A DNA stretch of 64,000 nt, from positions 32,001 to 96,000 of the forward strand of contig CAVYXJ010000009.1 in the NCBI GenBank assembly GCA_963772455.1, given 5' to 3'. Origin of the DNA: Candidatus Bathyarchaeota archaeon (GTDB taxonomy: Archaea; Thermoproteota; Bathyarchaeia; Bathyarchaeales; Bathycorpusculaceae). The position numbers were made by a program, and so were the translations under genes. This document shows, one piece after another, positions 31,260 through 41,349 of this stretch. Positions within the stretch are counted from its first letter, which is position 1; every line of letters starts with the position of its first letter. The notes under the pieces were generated by a model, which saw only the letters and a program-made list of their open reading frames with translations, was not told the DNA's origin and searched no databases.

Positions 31260-32697
31260 CTTTTTTCAAAAGGTATTCATGTATTGCTTTAGCTGATCTT
31301 CTGCCTGACCCCATAGCACTGATAACAGTGGCTTCTCCAGTCATTATATCTCCGCCTACGTATACACCTTCCAGACTTGTTTTACCGGTCTCTTGGTCAG
31401 CAACAATAGTACCTTGTTTTGTCGTCTCAAGCCCTTTTGTTACTTTTTGTATAATCGGGTTTGGTGTGCGTCCAATGGCAACGATAACGGTATCTACATC
31501 CATTACAAATTCAGAACCCTTAACCGGCACCGGCTTTCGTCTGCCAGACCCATCGGGCGCTCCTAGTTCCATCTCAACTAATTCAATTCCTTTAACCCTT
31601 CCCTGTTCATCTCCGATAAACCGGGTCGGCGATGCTAGGAACTTGCACGTTATGCCTTCTTCTTCAGCATTAAGCAGTTCTTCTTGTCTCGCAGGGATTT
31701 CATCTCTTGATCTTCGGTATATTATGCAGACATGCTCAGCGCCCAAACGTAAGGCACATCTTGCAGAGTCCATTGCAACGTTACCCCCTCCAATAACCGC
31801 TACATTCTTCCCAACTTTTATAGGAGTATCAAATACGGGGAAACGATAAGACTTCATCAGGTTAACTCTTATCAAGAATTCATTGGCTGAATATACTCCA
31901 CTCAAATTTTCGCCTGGTATTCCAAGAAATGTTGGCAATCCAGCCCCTGAACCAATGAACACTGCCTCAAAGCCACGATCGAATAGTTCTTGTGGTGTAA
32001 ATGTTCTTCCAATTAGTACGTCAGTGTATAATTCTACACCCAATTCTCTTATGTAGTCTACTTCTGCTTGAACGATTTCTTTGGGCAACCTGAATTCTGG
32101 GATTCCGTAAACCAAGACACCGCCGGCGACCTGAAGGGCTTCAAATATTGTTACTTTATGCCCAAGTTTTGCAAGTTCAGCTGCAACTGTTAATCCCGCT
32201 GGTCCCGCACCGATAACTGCTACTCTTCTACCGGTTAAAGCAACTTTCTTGGTTTCTATAAAAGCAGTCTTAATTTTTTTTTCTCGCTCCAAATCTGCAA
32301 CGAACCTCTCAAGTCTTCCAATCGAAACAGCGTCGCCCTTTTTTCCTTTGATACAGAATTTTTGGCATTGTTCTTCCTGAGGACAAACTCTTCCACAAAT
32401 AGCTGGGAGACTGTTCTTTTCTTTAATCTTCTTTATGGCTTCGTCATATTTTTTTTCTTTAATCAGCTTGATAAACGTTGGAATTTCAATTCCTACAGGA
32501 CATCCTTTGATGCATTGCGCGTTAGGGCAGGATAAACATCTTTGAGCTTCAGCTAACGCTTCTTCTAGATTATAACCTAAAGCTACCTCAGAAAAGCTCG
32601 TGGCACGGTCTTTTGGACCAAGTTTATCCATAGGAACAGCGCAAGTCCTGTCTTGATTGACAGGTTTTTTAACTATTTGTGGTTCCCGCATTGACAA
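31219..32697 (-). CDS. gltA: NADPH-dependent glutamate synthase beta-like / SudA / NfnB large subunit
   Basis: RCLSC...CIKGCPV; CGRVCPQEEQC; GAGPAG; YGIPEFRLPK; GGGNVAMD; GDIMTG. Confidence 0.9.
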   Translation of the reverse strand: MSMREPQIVKKPVNQDRTCAVPMDKLGPKDRATSFSEVALGYNLEEALAEAQRCLSCPNAQCIKGCPVGIEIPTFIKLIKEKKYDEAIKKIKEKNSLPAICGRVCPQEEQCQKFCIKGKKGDAVSIGRLERFVADLEREKKIKTAFIETKKVALTGRRVAVIGAGPAGLTVAAELAKLGHKVTIFEALQVAGGVLVYGIPEFRLPKEIVQAEVDYIRELGVELYTDVLIGRTFTPQELFDRGFEAVFIGSGAGLPTFLGIPGENLSGVYSANEFLIRVNLMKSYRFPVFDTPIKVGKNVAVIGGGNVAMDSARCALRLGAEHVCIIYRRSRDEIPARQEELLNAEEEGITCKFLASPTRFIGDEQGRVKGIELVEMELGAPDGSGRRKPVPVKGSEFVMDVDTVIVAIGRTPNPIIQKVTKGLETTKQGTIVADQETGKTSLEGVYVGGDIMTGEATVISAMGSGRRSAKAIHEYLLKKDVGHCNTPAIYCQ

Positions 32698-33593
32698 CTT
32701 CCTCCTCCATGATGTTCGTGGAACTCCACTGCTTGTTTCTCTTCTGAAGGATAAACTTTAAGTCTTTTAATTAACTCATCGAAGTTGGTTTGATGTGCAT
32801 CAAATTCTGGACCATCGACACAAGCGAATTTTGTAACACCATTAACTGTGACTCTGCATGCACCGCACATTCCCATGCCGTCAACCATTATTGGGTTTAA
32901 ACTAACGACTGTTTTGATCGCGTAGGGTCGGGTTACTTCCGAAGTGGTCTTCATCATTATTGGAGGACCTATGGCATATACGATGTTGAATTTGTATTTC
33001 TTGTCTATTAACGATTTCAGAAGGTCGCTAACGAAGCCTTTTTGTCCTTTTGATCCATCATCTGTTGAAATGTGGAGCTCGTTTGAAACCTTTTTCATTT
33101 CTTCTTCTAAGATAAGCAGTTCACGATTTCTTGCACCAATTATAGTGACGACACAGTTTCCTGCCTCTTTCAATGCCTTTGCTATGGGGTAAGCAGCTGC
33201 TGTTCCTACACCACCACATACAACTGCAGCTAAACCGTAGAATTTTATGTTACTGGGATTCCCCAACGGACCGATTAGGTTTGGAATTTGCTCTCCAACT
33301 TGGATGGCTCCGAGTTTTTTGGTTGATACCCCTACTTCTTGAAAGATAAGGGTGATTGTGCCTTCAGTTTTATTCCAATCAACCAGGGTGAGGGGTATTC
33401 TCTCTCCTTCGTTGTCCGTTCGCAAAATTACAAATTGACCTGCTTGGGCTTTTGCGGCGATTTCCGGCGCGTAAATTCTTATTTGTTTTACTTGTGGACC
33501 TAATTCACGTTTTTCTGTAAGCATATGGGAACTTATTGAAGTACCCAAGTGTTGAATTAGAGGTTCACTAATTTGCGTTTTTAACACCTTCAT
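32673..33593 (-). CDS. sudB: Sulfide dehydrogenase SudB / NfnA (PyrK-like FAD and 2Fe-2S subunit)
   Basis: GQFVILR...ERIPLT; GPLG; GGVG; TDDGSKG; MVDGMGMCGACRV...CVDGPEF. Confidence 0.9.
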   Translation of the reverse strand: MKVLKTQISEPLIQHLGTSISSHMLTEKRELGPQVKQIRIYAPEIAAKAQAGQFVILRTDNEGERIPLTLVDWNKTEGTITLIFQEVGVSTKKLGAIQVGEQIPNLIGPLGNPSNIKFYGLAAVVCGGVGTAAAYPIAKALKEAGNCVVTIIGARNRELLILEEEMKKVSNELHISTDDGSKGQKGFVSDLLKSLIDKKYKFNIVYAIGPPIMMKTTSEVTRPYAIKTVVSLNPIMVDGMGMCGACRVTVNGVTKFACVDGPEFDAHQTNFDELIKRLKVYPSEEKQAVEFHEHHGGGSCQCGNHK

Positions 33594-33861
33594 AACTATT
33601 TAACTAAATCATAACGGTGTTATACCCACCTTTAAACTTACCGAGCAAAATACAGAAAAAGACCATAAAACTCTTCATTTCGACGATCGATAATCAGCCT
33701 AAGCGTCAATGTGTGCATTGTTAGTCAAATTCCACGGATAGAATTTATCCTCTTCAGCTCACACTATCTTTTTCAATGAATTTATGAAAAACAAAAGCAA
33801 TAAGAACTCAAATCTGAATGTTCTAATGGGAGTTTAAATTATAACCCAGTCTAAAGACCAC

Positions 33862-35327
33862 GTGTATCCGAGTTTGTTTCCGAAGAAGGATATACTTCTC
33901 GTTTTTCCAGGAAAATATCGAGCACCAGAGCCACAGATTCCACTCGCCCTAATCTACACTGCGAGTTCACTTCAACGTGAAGGCCACAAAGTTCGAATCC
34001 TGGACATGCGTTTGGAAGATTTCAAAACCACGACCATTGGAAACCCATTATTTGTCGGAATAACTTGCATGAGTGGACAACAAATTCATTATGGATTAGA
34101 GTTTGCGAAAAAAGTCCGCTCGGAGAATTCCTCTTGTCCAATCGTTTGGGGAGGAGTGCATCCTACTCTTTTGCCTGAGCAGACTGCGGCAAGCAAATTC
34201 GTTGATATTGCTGTTCGTGGCGAGGGAGAAGGTGTAGTCCCAAAGCTGGCAAATAAGCTCGCTGCTGGTGAAAGATTTGCCGACGTTAGGGGTTTAACAT
34301 TCAAGAGTGAAGGATTAATCAAGAGCACAGGCGAGGCAGATCTTATAGATTTAGACGATATTCCAATCGAGTTGCCTTATGATCTTATAAAATTGGAAAA
34401 GTATCCCACACTCCAATCAGGCAGATTTCATATTCAAACTAGTAGGGGATGCCCACATCGTTGTGGATTCTGCTACAATACTGACTTCAACAAACGCAAT
34501 TGGAGAGGCAAAAGCGCTCTTCGCGTACTCGACGAAATCGAATATGTACTCCATAAATTTCCATCATGTTAAAATTATTGATCCTATAGATGACAACTTT
34601 TTTGTTGACGAACAGCGAGTTAGAGATATTTGTCAAGGCATAATCTCACGGAACATCAAAATAAAATGGCGAGCAAACTGTAGATTTGATTATCTTTCAA
34701 CCTATGATAGAGATTTTTTGAGCCTTTTAGAGAAGGCAGGATGCATGGAGCTGGATTTCGGTGGCGAAAGTGGTTCAGAACGACTCCAAGAATTCGTCTG
34801 CAAAGACGTCACTGCAGAGCAGATGTTGTATTCAGTAGGTAATCTCAGGAAATGGGCGCCTTCAATAGATCCTTATGTTTCTTGGCTCAGCGGACTCCCA
34901 AACGAAACCTACGTCGACCTGCTGAAAACTTTCGAGTTAATGGATAAAATGAAAGAGGTAAATCCACGGACACAGCATTATGGCATTTTTATGTACACAC
35001 CTTTTCCTAGCCCTATGATAGAGTCGCTCGGATCTGGATTTCAGCCTCCGCAATCTCTTGAGGAATGGGGAAATATAGAGGTTTTTCATTTCAAACCACC
35101 ATGGCACAGCAAAGCATACGTAGAGAAACTGCAGATAATATCGGCTGTTACTAGATATGCGTTTTACCCGAAATCTCGAATTGATGAGCATGGATTAGGA
35201 TTCAAATTGGGCTATGGAGTCATGAATCGAATCGCTCGGTATCGTTGGAGAGCACAGATATTTTGGTTTTCCAGTTGAGTTGAGACTTGCTAATGGTTTG
35301 GCGAGTCGACTTCGTGGTTTCCTATGA
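33862..35327 (+). CDS. B12-binding domain radical SAM protein (frameshifts near 34565 and 35250)
   Basis: WGGVHPT; GEGE; TSRGCPHRCGFC; DDNFF; GGESGS; the repaired frame ends ...SRLRGFL* at 35327. Confidence 0.88.
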
Positions 35328-36114
35328 TACCGTTCCTCAATTGGATAGTGTAGTCAAACACCAAAGTCTTCGGACTTAAAGAAAAAGTTATTCCAGCCCA
35401 TGAGAACCTATCTTTGACTTGCTCCCATCCACAGCACATAATCGCGCCTTCTCTTTTTCCAATAGAAAAGGAAATGTGATCTTCAAGATCGGAAAATTCT
35501 GCCACTTCTGCGTCAACTCTTGTCCATGCACCAATCTTTTTGTCTAGTAAGATTGAATTTCCGTTTCTAAATTTTCTGAAAAAAGTTGCACCTTGTTCGT
35601 TCAAAATAAGGATTTCTTGGCAACCTGTCATATCAACATCAGAGAAATCTGCACAGACTTTAATGTGGTCAGGATAACAATGATATCTAACGGTGACTTT
35701 TCCCCGCGATAAGACGTTGACGAAGTGTGTTTCTACTCCAAATGATTTCCTCAGCCTCATTATCCAATCGAAAATTGATCTCATGTTTCCACGGTTGAGA
35801 TATGCCCTTTCAAAGGTCTTGTGAAAAACTGAGTAAATTTTATTATTAATAAAAGCTCCATGTACTCGCTTTTTCGAAATCGAATCCAAAGAAAAGACCT
35901 TTGTGATTACAGTAACGTTTTCATCGTGCTCCTCAACGTAAAGATTTGCGTTTCTTGAGAAGAAAGTTGTGTCAGAGTATTTTGCAATAGGAACGCCGAA
36001 TCCTGCTCCTTCCTCGACGAGCTCTGAACCTTTAACCACCAAGACTAAGCCCTTCTGCAAAGCTGCGATTTCCAAATTTTTCGGTCTATTATCCGGGTAT
36101 ATTCTCAACTCCAC
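35290..36114 (-). CDS. Conserved hypothetical protein
   Basis: 274-aa ORF; LQKGLVL...EEGAGFGVP; NEQGA motifs. Confidence 0.7.
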   Translation of the reverse strand: MELRIYPDNRPKNLEIAALQKGLVLVVKGSELVEEGAGFGVPIAKYSDTTFFSRNANLYVEEHDENVTVITKVFSLDSISKKRVHGAFINNKIYSVFHKTFERAYLNRGNMRSIFDWIMRLRKSFGVETHFVNVLSRGKVTVRYHCYPDHIKVCADFSDVDMTGCQEILILNEQGATFFRKFRNGNSILLDKKIGAWTRVDAEVAEFSDLEDHISFSIGKREGAIMCCGWEQVKDRFSWAGITFSLSPKTLVFDYTIQLRNGIIGNHEVDSPNH

Positions 36115-36471
36115 AATTCCCCCTGAATTAAAGGTAAATGGTTTTACAAGGTGCCCCAGTCGGTTTAGAAACAGCGGTTCTTTTTTTTCAACTATAGGCG
36201 TTTGGTGTTTTAGCGTTAGAGTTTAACCTTCCTAATAAATTCCTTAATGGTCCACGATTATGTGAAAAGCTGATATTTCTTTGTTTGCAAAGTTTTAAAT
36301 TCTTTTCTGCTCGTTTTTTATTGAGGCAGCAAAATACATCTGAATCCTTTTAAGAATTTTCCTATCAAAATAAGAAAGATTTATTCAAAGGATGGTTTTT
36401 TTGAGGGAAACTTTACATTCTGGAAAATAAATTTACCAAAAAGACTATTCGTTCCTCTCCTCATAGTTTTA

Positions 36472-37605
36472 TTGGCCAAAATCGCAGGAAGCGTTCTTAT
36501 TGGCAATCTTTTGAACATTCAAGATTCAGGTACGTTCTGGTCAGACCCTAATAGAGCTTATAGTTGGGCTCAGGATAATGCTTTTTTTGCTAATCCAGGA
36601 ATTTTGGGAAACTGGCCTCTAACCTTCTTGGGTTGGGATAGCGCTTGGTACTTAAACATAATGACAAAAGGCTATGATTTTTCAATACAGAGCTACACTT
36701 TTTCGCCTGTTTTTCCATTTTTTGCGAAAATATTGAACTTTGTTTTGCAAAGTCCAATGATTTCCCTTGTACTGACAGCTTGTGTTTTTGGTGTTCTTTG
36801 GATTCCTCTTTACCAATTATTAGCAGAAGGCTATATCGGTAAAAAAGCCGCTTTGTTATCAACTCTTTTACTAGCGTTTTCGCCATATGTTTTCACTTTT
36901 ACAACTGTTGCTTACACTGAGGGTTCGCTATTGTTTTTTGTTTTAGGTGCCTGGCTCCTATTAAATAGGGGGAAAATATTTGGTGCAGCTGCTTTTGCAA
37001 TGATTGCACCTTTGACAAGGACTATGGGAATATTGATTGTTTTACCGATGCTTTACGTTTCACTTAAACAAAAAACTCACAGAATCCGAAACATACTGTT
37101 GAGTCTTCTACCAATAGCGTCCCTCACTATGTGGTTTGCAAGCTTGGGTATCTCTACTGGTGATTTTCTTGCACCGTTACATACATCTGAGTGGTCTTGG
37201 CTCTACTCTTTCCGAACTTTACTCACAGAAGGAATCCCACGATATGGCGTAAAAGCTTTGCTTGATGCGCCTTATCAACCATCCCCGATCGCTACCCATT
37301 GGCTTCTTCCAATTGCAGAAGTACTTTCCTTACTTTTCCCCATTTTGTTATTTTCCAGAACTTGGAAAAAAGATAAGTCATTATGGATTTATTCTTTCGC
37401 TGGATACATTGGAATATTATATTTCGGAGCGCTAGTTTCTACACCACGTTTTATTGCTGTCTTGTTTCCGCTATGGATTCCATTAACAGCTGGTTTTTCA
37501 GGAAGTAAGAAATCAATAATCATTGCAACAATTGTTGCCATTTCATTTTACATTATTGCTTTAGATCTATGGGTTAATTTTCTTAATGGACAATTCGTAG
37601 CATAG
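36472..37605 (+). CDS. GT-C mannosyltransferase, PIG-V/GPI18-like
   Basis: WDSAWYLNI..GY; FSPVFP; AYTEG; TRTMG; about 10 TMs. Confidence 0.75.
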   Translation: MAKIAGSVLIGNLLNIQDSGTFWSDPNRAYSWAQDNAFFANPGILGNWPLTFLGWDSAWYLNIMTKGYDFSIQSYTFSPVFPFFAKILNFVLQSPMISLVLTACVFGVLWIPLYQLLAEGYIGKKAALLSTLLLAFSPYVFTFTTVAYTEGSLLFFVLGAWLLLNRGKIFGAAAFAMIAPLTRTMGILIVLPMLYVSLKQKTHRIRNILLSLLPIASLTMWFASLGISTGDFLAPLHTSEWSWLYSFRTLLTEGIPRYGVKALLDAPYQPSPIATHWLLPIAEVLSLLFPILLFSRTWKKDKSLWIYSFAGYIGILYFGALVSTPRFIAVLFPLWIPLTAGFSGSKKSIIIATIVAISFYIIALDLWVNFLNGQFVA

Positions 37606-37758
37606 CTTTTTATCATTGATAGATCTTCGTTGGTTAATAGATTTTAGAGAGTCTGGCTAAATATCGAAAAGAATCTGGATCAAAGAATTCTTAGAAAACT
37701 CTTTTAGAAAAAGTTGATAAGAAATGAAAATAATAATCAGTAATGGAGAAAATTAGTT

Positions 37759-38949
37759 TTGGAACTTCTAAGTTATATTTGGATCTTGTGGATTTTTGGC
37801 ATGCCAATATATTTCAAATTGGCCTATGACATAATAAAATACAGAAAAAAATTAGTCAAGAAAACATTCGATCCAATCAACCCCAAAAAAATAATATTTC
37901 AAATAACTACAATCGGAAATATGAAAATTGTAAAAGATTCTGTTGAAAACATAAGACGGATATGCAAAGAAGTTCGATACGAAAATTACAAAATAAATGT
38001 AGTTTCGGAAGTAAAGGAAAGCTTCGATGGTGCAGTCACAATAACTGTTCCTCAAAACTATTCAACCGTCAACAATGCCAAATACAAAGCTAGAGCATTA
38101 CAATATGCGATAGAACAAAGAGAGGAAAATGGAGACAATACTCTTGGCACATGGATATATCATCTTGACGATGAATCAATGATTACCAGACAAGGTCTAT
38201 TATCAATTCTAGATCACGCAGATAATAATCGAGAACCAATCGCAGAAGGACTAATAACATATCCAAATAAAATGAATTCAGGCAGTAAATTGGTCAAATA
38301 TCTGGATGCTGTGAGACCAACATTTTGTTACTCTTGTTGTGCAATGTTGGAATCGCAAAAAAAACCTGATTGGTTACATGGTTCAAATCTGCTCATCAGG
38401 GCAGATATAGAAAAGAGTATTGGCTGGGATTTCCCCGATACCTGCGCAGAAGACAGTCTGTTTGGATACATTGCACATGAAAAATATGGAAAAATCTTTG
38501 GTTGGCATGGTGGAATTCTCGAAGAACAATCACCATTTACATTTTCTGATTTTATAAAGCAAAGACAAAGATGGATAAAAGGAAATATTGAAAATTTAAG
38601 CAGACTAGGACTCTGGGAAAAAGCAAAAGCAATATACAGATTGACAAGCTGGTTTCTTGGAGCAGTAAGCTTTTTCACACTTATACCTTCATTCATAATA
38701 AAACAATCATACTCAGAATTTCCATTTTTTATGTTGCTAACTCCTTTTTTTATTTTAAACACGATTATTCTTTTCGGAGTTTATCAAATAGGATTGCAAA
38801 TGAACTTTACCAAAGTTGATAAAAAACAAAGAATTTACGAACATGCCAAAATCTTTGTTTTGTCCCCATTACTTTGGTGTCTAGAAGCAATTCCAATGGT
38901 ATCATATTTCTTTAAGAGAGCCTCAAAGTTTTATGTAATTAAAAAATAA
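37759..38949 (+). CDS. GT2 glycosyltransferase, Egghead/BRE-3-like beta-1,4-mannosyltransferase homolog
   Basis: YKARALQY; WIYHLDDES; EGLITY; AED; EQSPFTFSDFIKQRQRW; C-terminal TMs. Confidence 0.8.
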   Translation: MELLSYIWILWIFGMPIYFKLAYDIIKYRKKLVKKTFDPINPKKIIFQITTIGNMKIVKDSVENIRRICKEVRYENYKINVVSEVKESFDGAVTITVPQNYSTVNNAKYKARALQYAIEQREENGDNTLGTWIYHLDDESMITRQGLLSILDHADNNREPIAEGLITYPNKMNSGSKLVKYLDAVRPTFCYSCCAMLESQKKPDWLHGSNLLIRADIEKSIGWDFPDTCAEDSLFGYIAHEKYGKIFGWHGGILEEQSPFTFSDFIKQRQRWIKGNIENLSRLGLWEKAKAIYRLTSWFLGAVSFFTLIPSFIIKQSYSEFPFFMLLTPFFILNTIILFGVYQIGLQMNFTKVDKKQRIYEHAKIFVLSPLLWCLEAIPMVSYFFKRASKFYVIKK

Positions 38950-39112
38950 ACTCAATAGTTGTGAAAAAAATCATTATGATCATTCCAATGTAGTTATTTT
39001 TCAATCCCTAATAATTTTAAATATGACGAACAACAACATAATTAATGAGACTGATTTATGAAAAAGAATCATTTTCAACTTTTTTTGATAATTTTAGGGG
39101 AGGTGAACCTTC

Positions 39113-39469
39113 TTGAGTAGAAATGGAGTAATCGCCTTCACAATTTTAGGTTTGATTATTGGATTAGTTGTAGGGTACTCTATATCATTTGCAATGCCTG
39201 CCCAGAAACCCTCTATCTCTTTGAATTCAGAGTCGGTTAAGGCGGGTGAGCAATTTACAGCTACTCTTACTGGTTTTCCAGCTAATACCGAAATTTATGG
39301 TTGGACAGTAAACGAGAATGTTTCTGTATGTTTTACCGCAGGGACTACGGATGCTAACGGCAGACTTGTAGCTTCAGCGAGTGCACCTCAAACTGTGGGA
39401 ACATTGCCTTTAGTTGCATGTGATAAATCTGAAACTATCTGGGTAGCAACAAGTTTAACAGTGACCTAA
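39113..39469 (+). CDS. Small secreted/anchored Ig-like protein
   Basis: GGAGGTGA SD; N-terminal TM; GFPANT...GTTDANG. Confidence 0.75.
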   Translation: MSRNGVIAFTILGLIIGLVVGYSISFAMPAQKPSISLNSESVKAGEQFTATLTGFPANTEIYGWTVNENVSVCFTAGTTDANGRLVASASAPQTVGTLPLVACDKSETIWVATSLTVT

Positions 39470-39598
39470 GTAAAAAATCAATATTTTTATTTTTTCAAAA
39501 TCAGTCTATCTTTTTTTGCTGTCTCTTTTCTTAAATTATGTTGAGGGTGCAGTTACAAACTAAGGAAATTCAGTGATTATACTATCAAACGGAAAAAA

Positions 39599-39973
39599 TC
39601 AAGGTGTTTTTGAGATTTTTATTTCTTTGAAGGCAAAGTAAATTATTACTAAACTCCAGATCAGAGGTATTGGTATCGCAATACTTGGAAAGAATACGTA
39701 GAAGGCAAAGATTCGTTGAGTAACAGTTAGAGCTATTGCAAGAATTGGCGCCCATTTTCGCCTTCTTTTTAGGCCAATGAGCGTTATAACAAAAAAAGCT
39801 ATAGCTAAGGTTGCTTCTGAACAAGCGATTAAGGAATCTAACCGATACATGCCATTCCATATATTGACAGGTAAGGCAGCCCAGATTGCAATAGCTGTTG
39901 CATCTAAAACTATGTTTGCAGCAATTAGATAAGTAAGTATCTTATGCGAGTTTCGTTGCATAGACTTTGACAT
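39599..39973 (-). CDS. Four-TM hypothetical membrane protein
   Basis: Hydrophobicity pattern; follows arsM. Confidence 0.65.
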   Translation of the reverse strand: MSKSMQRNSHKILTYLIAANIVLDATAIAIWAALPVNIWNGMYRLDSLIACSEATLAIAFFVITLIGLKRRRKWAPILAIALTVTQRIFAFYVFFPSIAIPIPLIWSLVIIYFAFKEIKISKTP

Positions 39974-40001
39974 TAATTATCAATCTAAATACTTTAGCAA
40001 T

Positions 40002-40829
40002 TTATTTTGTTTTGATGGCAGATACTTTAACGCTTACTATGATGTTTGCAGCCTCTATTACCTCTTCTTTTGTCATTTTCGCCATTTTTATTGCTTCCTT
40101 CAAAGTAGATTCACTTACTATGTATTCGAGCGGGTAAGTTTTTTCGTCTACAACTTTTACTTCTTGAAATCCAGCTTTGCGTATGAGTTCAAGATATCTG
40201 TCTTTAAGCTCCGCTCCAGAGATGCATCCAGCATATGCTTCCACATTTTCTCGGATAGATTCAGGCAGCTCTTTTAAGAGGACAATATCCGAAACCATTA
40301 ACCGTCCTTTCGGAGCGAGAACTCTGTAAGCTTCTTCAAAAACGCGCTTCTTGTTTGGGGCGAGGTTGATTACGCAATTTGATATTATAACGTCGACTGA
40401 ATTGTCTGCAACAGGTAAGTTTTCAATTTCTCCCAATCTGAACTCGATATTTGCGTATTTGCCTTTCTTCGCGTTAGCTCTTGCTTTTTCAAGCATTTCA
40501 GGAGTCATGTCAACGCCAATTACTTTGCCTTGCATGCCCACTTTTTTAGCTGCTAAAAAACAGTCAAAACCTGCACCTGAACCCAAATCCAGAACTCTTT
40601 CGCCCTCTTTCAAAGAAGCCAAAGCGATAGGATTACCACAACCTAAACCAAGATTGGCACCTTCTGGAACCGTACTCATCTCTTCTTGACTGTAACCTAT
40701 CATCTTGCTTACTTGTTCGTTAGTGGGAGCTGAGCAGCAGCTTACACTTGAAGCACAGCAAGAGCCATTTGTTTTAGCAACTTTTGCATAACGATTTCTA
40801 ACAAGTTTCTTAATTTTTTCTTCTTTCAT
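40002..40829 (-). CDS. arsM: Arsenite S-adenosylmethionine methyltransferase
   Basis: N-terminal CC..CC; NLGLGCGNP; LDLGSGAGFD; ISNCVINL; GCISGA. Confidence 0.93.
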   Translation of the reverse strand: MKEEKIKKLVRNRYAKVAKTNGSCCASSVSCCSAPTNEQVSKMIGYSQEEMSTVPEGANLGLGCGNPIALASLKEGERVLDLGSGAGFDCFLAAKKVGMQGKVIGVDMTPEMLEKARANAKKGKYANIEFRLGEIENLPVADNSVDVIISNCVINLAPNKKRVFEEAYRVLAPKGRLMVSDIVLLKELPESIRENVEAYAGCISGAELKDRYLELIRKAGFQEVKVVDEKTYPLEYIVSESTLKEAIKMAKMTKEEVIEAANIIVSVKVSAIKTK

Positions 40830-40831
40830 AA

Positions 40832-41089
40832 TTAACTCTCCTGATCAGTTACTCCTTTGAGTAATGGACCTAGGGTTTTGGTCACTGCACCACGAAGTTT
40901 TTCTGCTTTGATCATCATAATACAGCATACTTCTCCATCTTTCTCACAGGCAACCACAGCAATTTTGTCGCTTGGCTTGAAATCTGCCTTTTCTCGCAAG
41001 TCTTTTGGGAGAACAATTTGTCCCTTAACATCGATGGTTACGATTGCATCAATTCTGCAGGAATCTCCTTTACACATCACCATTTTCAA
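40832..41089 (-). CDS. AbrB/SpoVT-fold Cys-rich protein, HgcC-like
   Basis: CRIDAIVTIDVKGQIVLPKDLREKA..KPSDKIAV...EVCC...LGP. Confidence 0.75.
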   Translation of the reverse strand: MKMVMCKGDSCRIDAIVTIDVKGQIVLPKDLREKADFKPSDKIAVVACEKDGEVCCIMMIKAEKLRGAVTKTLGPLLKGVTDQES

Positions 41090-41118
41090 TCATCCGTTAT
41101 TGATAAATTCAATTTCGC

Positions 41119-41151
41119 TTTTAAATATTTCTGAATAATCAGAAAAATCAG
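41119..41151. promoter_or_regulatory. TATA box and palindromic operator candidate upstream of hgcC-like/arsM
   Basis: Minus-strand ATATTTAAAA (41128-41119) abutting TTTCTGA-ATAA-TCAGAAA (41128-41145). Confidence 0.5.
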
Positions 41152-41349
41152 ACCATATTACTACATTGACTTCATTGAAAAATACGAAGTATTTCCTACC
41201 AATCAACTTAAATATTCGCCACCCTCACTCAAATAATCAAAAGTGCTGTCAAGTTATTGGACGATTGTTTGAGGTAATTTTATGAATAGTTTGTAGAATG
41301 TGACTTTCTGATAGAAAAGAAGTTTCAAAAAGCAAAAGGAGAACGAATA

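Noticed and set aside
40832-41089. Evidence for mercury methylation
   Set aside because: No hgcA (cap-helix motif) or hgcB in the window; an HgcC-like gene alone is insufficient
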